The position numbers and the translations under genes are program-made. Under the pieces are notes generated by a model. The model worked only from the letters and a program-made list of their open reading frames with translations, did no database searches and had not been told where the DNA came from. A stretch of DNA of 55,736 nucleotides from an uncultured Candidatus Peribacteria bacterium (GTDB lineage: Bacteria > Patescibacteriota > Gracilibacteria > UBA1369 > LOWO2-01-FULL-3): the NCBI GenBank assembly GCA_964525485.1, contig CAZGHH010000003.1, positions 1 to 55,736 on the forward strand. The letters are read 5' to 3'. The first letter of the stretch is position 1. Every line of letters starts with the position of its first letter. Below are positions 10,163-17,521 of the stretch, piece by piece.

Positions 10163-10178
10163 ACACAATATTTTGTGG
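10163..10178 (-). promoter_or_regulatory. NrdR box 2 (distal)
   Basis: acacaatattttgtgg matches the consensus at 14 of 16 positions. Its centre lies 32 bp from the box 1 centre (about 3 helical turns), the usual tandem arrangement. Confidence 0.6.
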
Positions 10179-10249
10179 TGCCTCCTATATTATCAAAAAA
10201 AAATATGAAAAAAAGAGGAAGTTTGGGAAATCAAGTTGACGATCTTCCT

Positions 10250-10750
10250 TTAAAGATTTTTTACTATAACTTTGGCGAAATTTTTGGCTGCCGCAGGCCC
10301 ATTCGCCGTTATGATTTTTCCGTCTTGTTCGATATCAGTGGCTGTGTATGTGGCGCAGCGCGGGCTGACGATATCCGCTACTGCCGGATGAGAAGTTGCT
10401 TTTTTGTTAACTAGTATACCTGCATTAGCCAAGATGCCCGGGGCTGCGCAGATAGCGGCTGTGATTTTCCCGGATTCTGCAAATGAACGGGCTAGTGAAA
10501 GGGCTGTTTGATTGCTGAAATATATTGTGGTGCCTGGGCCTCCTATAAATACAATTGCGTCATAGTGTTCCGGTTTAACATCTTGTAATAAAATATCCAC
10601 TTTCGTGATTCCACCGAATTTACCATAGGCTTCTTGTTCTGTTGAAGAGGTTGTTACTTTGTGCCCGTTTTCTAGGAATATTTGTTTTGGATCACCGTAT
10701 TCAACGTCTTGGTAGCCTTCTGGGGCTATTATCATAAGAATGTTTTTCAT
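10250..10750 (-). CDS. DJ-1/PfpI family protein
   Basis: 166 aa. Nucleophile-elbow Cys in KITAAICAAPGILANAG; flavodoxin-like N-terminus MKNILMIIAPEGYQDVE. Confidence 0.85.
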   Translation of the reverse strand: MKNILMIIAPEGYQDVEYGDPKQIFLENGHKVTTSSTEQEAYGKFGGITKVDILLQDVKPEHYDAIVFIGGPGTTIYFSNQTALSLARSFAESGKITAAICAAPGILANAGILVNKKATSHPAVADIVSPRCATYTATDIEQDGKIITANGPAAAKNFAKVIVKNL

Positions 10751-10823
10751 GGTGAACGTGGTTAAATTTCAGATGTGGTCTTGCACGATTTTCTATGTAA
10801 TTTAATGAACTTGTTGTGGTCGC

Positions 10824-12044
10824 TTATTTTCTTTTCGTGACAATTTTTTCATCGATTCTTACAGGAGAGATTGATCTTAAGTTCTCTACTATTTTTGGTA
10901 GGTGCTCCAGCACGTAGTCGACGTCTTTTTCTGTGTTGCAATGGCCGAATGTCATGCGTACCGAGCCGTGAACGGCTGTTTTTGGCAGGCCGGTTGCAAG
11001 AAGGACGTGAGATGGTTCGAGTGAACGTGAGTTGCATGCTGAGCCGGTTGAGACTTCGACGCCAAGTTCGTCTAGATATAGAAGTAATGCCTCTCCTTCG
11101 ATGTCTAATATTAGGAAGTTTGCGTTGTTTGGGAGGCGAGAAACTGGATGGCCGTTGAGGAACGAACGCGGAATTTTTGTTAGGACGCCGTTGATGAGTT
11201 TGTCGCGTAGGTGAGTTAGGCGCGCGTTTTCTTTATCTTTGTTGGCTTGAGCTAATTCTAGTGCTTTGGCGAAGCCTACGATTGCTGGAACGTTTTCTGT
11301 ACCGCTGCGTAGGTTGTTTTCTTGGCCTCCGCCGATGATTTGTGGTTCTAGGCGAACTGTTTTTTTTCTAAATAGCGCGCCGATGCCTTTTGGTCCGTAA
11401 ATTTTGCCGGCATTTATAGTCATTAGATCTACGCCAAGTTCTTGAGTATCTATTGAAAGTGTTCCTGCTGCCTGACATGCATCCGTGTGAAATAGAATAG
11501 GTTCTTTGAATTCATTCTTGTGTTCGTGACATACGCTTGCCAATTCTTTCACCGGATTTATTGTGCCAATTTCGTTGTTTGCATACATTATTGAAACAAA
11601 AATTGTATTTGGTTTCATCGCAGCTTTTAGCGCTTCTGCAGTGATTTGTCCGTATTTATCTGCAGCAAGAATTGTGACATCAAATTTCTCTTTTTTTAAT
11701 TTTAAAAATGGTTCCAAAACCGCATGATGTTCGACGCTAGATGTGATTATGTGTAAATCTTGTGGTTGCTTTCCGAGAAGCTTTTGCAACTTGTAAACTG
11801 CTCCAAATATAGCAAGATTATCGCTTTCTGTTCCACTTCCTGTAAAAATCAATTCATCAAATCCACAGTTCAAAATTTCTGTAATTGTTCCTCGGCTTTT
11901 TTCAATTGCGTCTTTAGCTTTGCGTCCTGAGGTGTAAATTGAATTCGGATTTCCAAAGTCTTCATTAAAGTAAGGCATCATTGCCTCTAAAACTTTCTTA
12001 TCTACGTATGTTGTGGCCGCGTGATCTAGGTAAATTCTTTTCAT
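10824..12044 (-). CDS. cysteine desulfurase (class V aminotransferase, NifS/IscS-like)
   Basis: 406 aa. Motifs TGSGTESDNLAI and HTDACQAAG; PLP-lysine region INAGKIYGPKGIG; catalytic loop STGSACNS. Confidence 0.9.
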   Translation of the reverse strand: MKRIYLDHAATTYVDKKVLEAMMPYFNEDFGNPNSIYTSGRKAKDAIEKSRGTITEILNCGFDELIFTGSGTESDNLAIFGAVYKLQKLLGKQPQDLHIITSSVEHHAVLEPFLKLKKEKFDVTILAADKYGQITAEALKAAMKPNTIFVSIMYANNEIGTINPVKELASVCHEHKNEFKEPILFHTDACQAAGTLSIDTQELGVDLMTINAGKIYGPKGIGALFRKKTVRLEPQIIGGGQENNLRSGTENVPAIVGFAKALELAQANKDKENARLTHLRDKLINGVLTKIPRSFLNGHPVSRLPNNANFLILDIEGEALLLYLDELGVEVSTGSACNSRSLEPSHVLLATGLPKTAVHGSVRMTFGHCNTEKDVDYVLEHLPKIVENLRSISPVRIDEKIVTKRK

Positions 12045-12050
12045 AAAATT

Positions 12051-12602
12051 TTAAATGAGTTTATGTTTTGTTATATATTCTTTCGCCATCAGGATTGCCG
12101 TCACCGATCCCATGTCCATTATATCCGACTTGTTTACTAGGGTTAAGACAATTTTTAACGTTGTCTCTTTTACATCAATCTCCTCGTCTTTGTCCAGATG
12201 CTGTGTGTCAATTTTTTCACAATCCAGTGCGAGAAAAAAGTGGACGGTGTTCGTGAGGAAGCCGCTTAATGCGAATGTTTTACCAAGTTTAATTAGTTTT
12301 TTTGGCTTGTAGCCGGTTTCCTCCAGTAGCTCGCGTTTTGCCGATTCAATTAAGTTTTTGTCTGTTTTTTCGACGTATCCTGCAGGGACTTCGTATTTTA
12401 TTGAGCGGATTGGATGTCTGTATTGTTGTATAAGAATGATTTTCTTTGTTTTAGTTATTGCAACTATTACGACCGAATCCGGTTTTTTCATTGAGTAATA
12501 TTTTTCCGCAATCTCACCATTGTGTTTACGACACCTCTCTTCTTCCAACGTGAAAAACTCGTTTTTTATTAGCGTTTTTTTTGATAAAACTTTCCAGGTC
12601 AT
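12051..12602 (-). CDS. NUDIX hydrolase (ADP-ribose pyrophosphatase-like)
   Basis: 183 aa. Nudix box GYVEKTDKNLIESAKRELLEETGY. Confidence 0.85.
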   Translation of the reverse strand: MTWKVLSKKTLIKNEFFTLEEERCRKHNGEIAEKYYSMKKPDSVVIVAITKTKKIILIQQYRHPIRSIKYEVPAGYVEKTDKNLIESAKRELLEETGYKPKKLIKLGKTFALSGFLTNTVHFFLALDCEKIDTQHLDKDEEIDVKETTLKIVLTLVNKSDIMDMGSVTAILMAKEYITKHKLI

Positions 12603-12674
12603 TTGTTGTTGTTTAAAACAATTTTCCAGTTTAGATTATGTGGTGTTAAAAGTAAATTTCTTAAAAGAGTTGGT

Positions 12675-13430
12675 ATGCACAGATTTTTTATTACAAATGA
12701 GGACAAAATTGGGGTAAAGGATTTTGTGATTGTTTCTGGCGATCTTGTTCATCAAATGTTTAGTGTTTTGAGATTTAAACCTGGAGATGAAGTCGTTTTG
12801 TTGGATGGGAGCGGAGATGAGTGGGTGGTGGTTTTGACTGATGTTGTTAAGAGGCAGGTGAGTGGAAAAGTTTTGAAAAAGCGTAGGAATGATGCCGAGC
12901 CATATGTGCAGGTTTGTTTGTACCAAAGTCTTTTGAAAAATATGGAGAAGTTTGAATGGGTTTTGCAGAAGGGGACTGAGGTTGGTGTAAGTGAATTTGT
13001 GCCGTTGGTTTCGGCTAGGTGCGAGAGGCCAGTCGTAGGAAAGGTCGACAGGATGGAAAGAATTTTGAAGGAAGCTGCTGAGCAAAGCGGAAGGGGAGTT
13101 GTTCCTGTGTTGGGAGAGGTTGTGAAATTTAAAGATATTTTGAAAGGCGTATGCAAAAAAGCTGCGAATGTGAAAGATTCGACTGCGAAACCAGAGCTGT
13201 GTGTGATTGCAGACCCTAAGGCTGAGAAGTCGTTGAAGGATTTTGTAAGTGACGCTGAATTTAAAAATGCGAAAAAAATAAATCTTTTTATTGGGCCTGA
13301 GGGTGGATTTACTGACGAGGAGGTTCAGGCTGCTCTTGATGCTGGTTTTGTGGGGGTGAATTTGGGAAAAAGGATCTTGAGAAGTGAGACGGCTGGGTTG
13401 GTTGTATCTAGCTTGTTATTATTACAGTAG
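12675..13430 (+). CDS. rsmE: 16S rRNA (uracil1498-N3)-methyltransferase
   Basis: The ORF track opens at 12603, but the RsmE-typical N-terminus MHRFFI starts at ATG 12675. SPOUT C-terminus LFIGPEGGFTDEE...LGKRILRSETA. Confidence 0.85.
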   Translation: MHRFFITNEDKIGVKDFVIVSGDLVHQMFSVLRFKPGDEVVLLDGSGDEWVVVLTDVVKRQVSGKVLKKRRNDAEPYVQVCLYQSLLKNMEKFEWVLQKGTEVGVSEFVPLVSARCERPVVGKVDRMERILKEAAEQSGRGVVPVLGEVVKFKDILKGVCKKAANVKDSTAKPELCVIADPKAEKSLKDFVSDAEFKNAKKINLFIGPEGGFTDEEVQAALDAGFVGVNLGKRILRSETAGLVVSSLLLLQ

Positions 13431-13544
13431 GGAAATGCTAAACTTTCTATGAAAAATCAGGGGTATTTTTCTTGAAAGTTTTTCTGCGTTACGGCAAACA
13501 TGCGAGTTTACCTTCGCTTCGAATCGCATTTCTCGCTACTAACT

Positions 13545-13619
13545 TGGTAGGGCCACGGGGAATCGAACCCCGGTTTACAGGATGAAAACCTGTTGTCCTG
13601 ACCACTAGACGATGGCCCC
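13545..13619 (-). tRNA. tRNA-Glu (anticodon UUC), CCA encoded
   Basis: The reverse complement folds by hand as a cloverleaf: GGGGCCA/TC/GTCTAGTGGTCAGGAC/A/ACAGG-TTTTCAT-CCTGT/AAAC/CGGGG-TTCGATT-CCCCG/TGGCCCT/A/CCA. Total 75 nt with a 7-nt anticodon loop (T-T-TTC-A-T). Confidence 0.9.
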
Positions 13620-13727
13620 TTAAAGATTGGACGCGGGAATTTTAACTTGAAGAGGGTGATAATTCAAGGTGAAATTTAGTTTAAGTCCCGAACTCGGTTA
13701 CCCCTTAATCTTAAGTCCCGGACTTAC

Positions 13728-14039
13728 TTAATTATTATCGCTTGGAAGTAAGTATTTTGTTGAAACCGTATCTGGTGATAGCATCTCCTGCTTTTTGCTG
13801 TTAACTTCTAACTCTTCTGATGTTGATGCATTTGTCACTTGCGCTTTCAAAACCTGTGAAATGTCTTTTAGATCTTCGTTAATTTCTCTCGCTTGTTGCA
13901 GTCTATATCCAAGTTCCGCTTTTTTACCTGTTGTTAATAAAAAAACCACTGATAAAGCAACTATTAATATTCCTAGCGTAATTATTAACAGCATAACTGT
14001 TTTATCTACCTCTTTTTTTAATGTGTCTTTTTTCTTCAT
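13728..14039 (-). CDS. small bitopic membrane protein, FtsL/DivIC-like topology
   Basis: 103 aa. Single TM helix (VMLLIITLGILIVALSVVFLL) followed by a coiled-coil-like segment. ATGA overlap with the upstream gene. The assignment rests on topology only. Confidence 0.45.
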   Translation of the reverse strand: MKKKDTLKKEVDKTVMLLIITLGILIVALSVVFLLTTGKKAELGYRLQQAREINEDLKDISQVLKAQVTNASTSEELEVNSKKQEMLSPDTVSTKYLLPSDNN

Positions 14040-15028
14040 TCCGATGGATTTGTTTTGTTTTCTGTATCGACGATTTCTGGCTCTACGACTTTGTATTCTA
14101 CATTAATCACTCCTCTGTGCAATTCTGAAATCTCTTTAAAAGCTCCTGATGTTAAATCTAAGACTCTGCCTGGACCGTACGGGCCTCTATCTGTAATTCT
14201 TACTTGTACCGTTTTCCCATTTGCCAAATTCTTAACTTCCACGACTGTCCCAAAAGGTAATGTTTTGTGCGCCGCTGTGAATTGATTCATATCAAAGATT
14301 TCTCCTGATGCAGTTCCGGATCCCTGGACTGCCGCTCCATAAAACGTAGCTTTCCCAAAATGAGATCCCTTGCTCGTTTCTTGGAGCTTGTATATGAGTG
14401 CGGAAAATTGTCCTCTGGTCAATAATTCTTCCGGATTGATTTTATTTTCAGGCGTGATATTAACCATTTCACGTTCTTTTGCGAATTCCGCATATTGCGC
14501 AAACCAAGCTGTCATTGGAACGTCTGCAAATGGATCTTCTGTTGGAGTTCGTCCTCCGTAGCTTTCTATTGATTCTATTATTAATTTTAATGCTTCCGCC
14601 AATGAGATTTGTTCTTCCGGTCTAAAAGTTCCGTCTTCGTATCCGTTTGCGATGTCTTTGTCTTTTGCTTGCTGAATGTATGGCGCATACCATGCGTCTA
14701 TTTCTACATCTTTGAACGGTTTTTCTTCCGGAGGATTTTTGTTCTCATCGAATATTTGTAAAAATTTCATTGTGATTTTCAATGCTTCCGCTCTGTTAAT
14801 TTCTTTCCATGATTGAAAAGTTCCGTCTTCGTAGCCGTTTATATACCCCTCTCTTGCGATTGATAGTATCGGCACGTAATTCATGTTCTCCTCTTTTAAG
14901 TCCGAGAATGTTATTTGTTGTAATTCAATCTCTTCCGCGAGTGCCGGCAACTCTGCGTATATTGCAAAAGCAAAGCTCATTGCAAAGCCCACTAAAGCCA
15001 GGTTTAAATGTCTAAGAAACTTTGGCAT
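14036..15028 (-). CDS. secreted SLH-domain protein fused to an RlpA-like double-psi beta-barrel (lytic transglycosylase-like) domain
   Basis: 330 aa with a signal peptide. Three SLH-like repeats: FSDL...GYINGYEDGTFQSWKEINRAEALKI; FKDV..DAWYAPYIQQA..IANGYEDGTFRPEEQISLAEALKL; FADVPMTAWFAQY...LTRGQFSALIYKL. C-terminal DPBB domain ATFYG...SGEIFD...TAAHKTLPFGT.V.V.N..NGK.V.VRITDRGPYG.GRVLDLS. Confidence 0.8.
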   Translation of the reverse strand: MPKFLRHLNLALVGFAMSFAFAIYAELPALAEEIELQQITFSDLKEENMNYVPILSIAREGYINGYEDGTFQSWKEINRAEALKITMKFLQIFDENKNPPEEKPFKDVEIDAWYAPYIQQAKDKDIANGYEDGTFRPEEQISLAEALKLIIESIESYGGRTPTEDPFADVPMTAWFAQYAEFAKEREMVNITPENKINPEELLTRGQFSALIYKLQETSKGSHFGKATFYGAAVQGSGTASGEIFDMNQFTAAHKTLPFGTVVEVKNLANGKTVQVRITDRGPYGPGRVLDLTSGAFKEISELHRGVINVEYKVVEPEIVDTENKTNPSE

Positions 15029-15029
15029 A

Positions 15030-15497
15030 TTATACTTTCTTTTGAATTATTATGTGGCGTGAATCGCCTTCACCACGGCTTTCTGTCGTGATGTCGTCGA
15101 ATTGTTCTTGATTTAGGTACATATGTACAACTCTCCTGAAATAAGGAGACATAGGAGGCAGACTCTGTGCATGGCGTGTTTTGCGGACAAATTCCACTTT
15201 TCTTTCTGCTAAGTTTATAACGCTTTCTTCCTGTTTTTTTCTGTAATTGCCTACGTCGAGTACTATATTGAATTCTTCCGTTTTTTTGGTTTTTGCCCAG
15301 CATAGGATTTTCAATATGTGTTGAATTGCGTATATCGTTGAGCCATGATGTCCTATTAATGTGTTTGCTTCATCTGAATTTACATTCGCAAAATACACAT
15401 TTTCTTCTTTTTCTTCGACTTCAACCGAGTTGAATTGAACGCCGATTTTGATTAACAGCTCTTCGAGAGTTTCTTTGATGATAGCTGATGTTTTCAT
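15030..15497 (-). CDS. jag: Jag/KhpB-like RNA-binding protein (KH + R3H)
   Basis: 155 aa. R3H region LPPMSPYFRRVVHMYL. Canonical position directly after yidC. Confidence 0.8.
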   Translation of the reverse strand: MKTSAIIKETLEELLIKIGVQFNSVEVEEKEENVYFANVNSDEANTLIGHHGSTIYAIQHILKILCWAKTKKTEEFNIVLDVGNYRKKQEESVINLAERKVEFVRKTRHAQSLPPMSPYFRRVVHMYLNQEQFDDITTESRGEGDSRHIIIQKKV

Positions 15498-15516
15498 TGT
15501 ATTTTAAGTTAGGAAA

Positions 15517-16878
15517 TTATTTCTTTTCAATCACTCTCACTTTCACATCATCACTGTCTGTTTTATCCTTGCTAACTTTTGATCTATTAACAAAAATTTG
15601 TTGAATTACGCCATATAGAGTGGAAGTTCCCCAGTAAATACCTACGGCTGCGGGAAGAGAAACCGTGAAAACCGCAACCATTACAGGCATAAAATATGAC
15701 ATAATGTTATTAGTCATTGCCATTTCATTTGTTTTCTTCTTCTCTCCGTTTTTTGATTTATTTGTCTGCATCGAGAGTTTCATTTGGACAAAAGTGAGAA
15801 GTCCAACGATTAAGGGAAGGACATATAGATTTTTTCCCAATAAATTTAACCCCAAGAAATGTATATTGATGTTATTAAAGCTAAAGCCTTCGTATGTCGT
15901 GTAGAGCATGTATGCGTTATCTGGATTTAATCCCTTTTGAACTACATAGAACAATGCGATTAAAACAGGAAATTGTAGTAATAACGGGAGGCAGCTACCC
16001 ATCGGGCTTACTTTGTGAGTTTTCCATAGCTGCATTGTTTCTTGAGCAATTTTTTGTTGATCTCCTTTGTGTTTCTCTTTGATACTTTCGAGCATCGGTT
16101 GGATCATTTGCATTTTTCTTTGCGCTTTCATCGCTTTTTGAGATGGAGCCAGGAGAATTGTTCTCACTATTAATGTCAAAATAATTATCGCCAATCCCAA
16201 GCTGTGTCCAGGTATTACTGCTATTAAAAATATAAGGACGTTGTATATAGGTCTGTATAGAATCCCCATCCATAATTTTTTGAATAATCCTTCTTCTATT
16301 ACCGTGAATTCGTTGGTTTCGAATGTTTTTGTCTCGAAAATAGGGGCTGTTGGAGTTTCTTTTAATGGTTTCTCGGATTCTGTACCTGATGAAAGTGCTG
16401 GTTTTAATTCCGGGTTTTCTGTCAAATTTACTTCCTGTGCCGTATCTGTTTTAGCGATTTCTAATGTTGCCGCTATCTTGAATCTTCCCATTTCTGAGAA
16501 TAGGGAATGGTTCCATTTATCATAAGCTATATCTATTTTTTTACCCGGTTCGATAGTGTAGGATTGCGCTTTTTCGCAGTTTAATTCCGGAGTTGATTTA
16601 ATCTGTTTCCACTCTCCATCTATATATTTTGACACGTCAAAAGGTTCTTCCGGGCATTCTGATGCTATTACTATATTGGAAGTGGTGTTGTTTTGTACTG
16701 TGACTGTTATTGTTTCCGCTCTAGAATAAGTCGTTTTTGTTGTCGCGACTCCCACGCTTCCTTGTGAAAGAAGCGGGTCTTGCGTTTCATTGCCGTTGCA
16801 ACTCTTAAATACAGCGTTTAATAGTAAAAAAACTACAGCGAACAGAAGTAAATTTTTAAGTAAAGATTTTTTGTCCAT
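15517..16878 (-). CDS. yidC: membrane protein insertase YidC
   Basis: 453 aa. Insertase core GLAIIILTLIVRTILLAPSQKAMKAQRKMQMIQP...LWKTHKVSPMGSCLPLLLQFPVLIALF. N-terminal TM helix followed by an extracytoplasmic domain of about 190 aa. Confidence 0.9.
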   Translation of the reverse strand: MDKKSLLKNLLLFAVVFLLLNAVFKSCNGNETQDPLLSQGSVGVATTKTTYSRAETITVTVQNNTTSNIVIASECPEEPFDVSKYIDGEWKQIKSTPELNCEKAQSYTIEPGKKIDIAYDKWNHSLFSEMGRFKIAATLEIAKTDTAQEVNLTENPELKPALSSGTESEKPLKETPTAPIFETKTFETNEFTVIEEGLFKKLWMGILYRPIYNVLIFLIAVIPGHSLGLAIIILTLIVRTILLAPSQKAMKAQRKMQMIQPMLESIKEKHKGDQQKIAQETMQLWKTHKVSPMGSCLPLLLQFPVLIALFYVVQKGLNPDNAYMLYTTYEGFSFNNINIHFLGLNLLGKNLYVLPLIVGLLTFVQMKLSMQTNKSKNGEKKKTNEMAMTNNIMSYFMPVMVAVFTVSLPAAVGIYWGTSTLYGVIQQIFVNRSKVSKDKTDSDDVKVRVIEKK

Positions 16879-17209
16879 TTTGTTTAAGTTGGGTAAATAT
16901 ATTTATGATATCGTCCTCTATGTTTTTATACTCGGTTTTTAGTGTTTTTTTCTTCGGGATGAGGACCAGTTTGCATTTTACATCATCATCTTTTTTTAGG
17001 CGAATTGCTTCATAAGTTCTTCTCCTTACCAGATTTCTTTCTACGGCTTTTGGTGAAAGTTTGTTTGAGGTAATCACTGCAAACTTTGAATTTTGTTCTT
17101 CTGTGTTTTTGATATATCGAACTATAAAAAAATCGCTCGACATGGAATCTCCTTTTTTTAAGGCATACTTAACCTCTTGGGCTGTTAGCCTTAAGTGTGT
17201 TGGGATCAT
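16856..17209 (-). CDS. rnpA: ribonuclease P protein component
   Basis: 117 aa. RNR-type motif SPKAVERNLVRRRTYEAIR. Its ATG overlaps the rpmH stop (TAATG). Confidence 0.85.
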   Translation of the reverse strand: MIPTHLRLTAQEVKYALKKGDSMSSDFFIVRYIKNTEEQNSKFAVITSNKLSPKAVERNLVRRRTYEAIRLKKDDDVKCKLVLIPKKKTLKTEYKNIEDDIINIFTQLKQNGQKIFT

Positions 17210-17352
17210 TATTTTGAATGCACAGTTACAACTAACTTTGCTCTTCCTTTAGCTCTTCTTTTGCCTAGTACTTTTTGTCCTCCTTTTGTTTCCATTCTAC
17301 TCCTGAATCCGTGTTTCTTGAGTCTTTTTAATTTTTTTAGTGCTGCAAGCAT
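17209..17352 (-). CDS. rpmH: 50S ribosomal protein L34
   Basis: Below the ORF-track size cut-off. My translation is [47 protein letters not shown], with the L34 signature HGFR.RM.T..G..VL..RR.KGR. Canonical position upstream of rnpA. Confidence 0.9.
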   Translation of the reverse strand: MLAALKKLKRLKKHGFRSRMETKGGQKVLGKRRAKGRAKLVVTVHSK

Positions 17353-17390
17353 ATTTAAAGGTAATGAAATTTGTGGAAAATTGCTCGCAT

Positions 17391-17419
17391 ACTTTAGACG
17401 TAAACTATTTGTTAGTCAA
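17391..17419 (-). promoter_or_regulatory. candidate sigma70-type promoter for rpmH-rnpA-yidC
   Basis: On the minus strand: TTGACT - 17 nt - TAAAGT, about 40 nt upstream of the rpmH ATG. Pattern match only. Confidence 0.35.
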
Positions 17420-17521
17420 ATTAATTTATTTACATAATTTTGAAAAATGGTGTAGTTTGTGACCTTGATATTTAATGTAAAAATTAGTATATTCACATTT
17501 AGTCTTATAAACCTATAAACT

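Noticed and set aside
10077-10249. Cobalamin riboswitch upstream of the B12-dependent nrdJ
   Set aside because: No B12-box-like conserved core is visible and the leader is too short (under 175 nt, shared with the DJ-1 gene 3' end). B12 riboswitches normally repress B12-independent isozymes or transport genes, not nrdJ. The region is explained by the NrdR boxes.
17353-17521. Possible oriC in the AT-rich spacer upstream of rpmH
   Set aside because: Only one 8/9 DnaA box is present and there is no adjacent dnaA or dnaN. The spacer is short and is explained by two divergent promoters. This cannot be settled without genome-wide GC skew.
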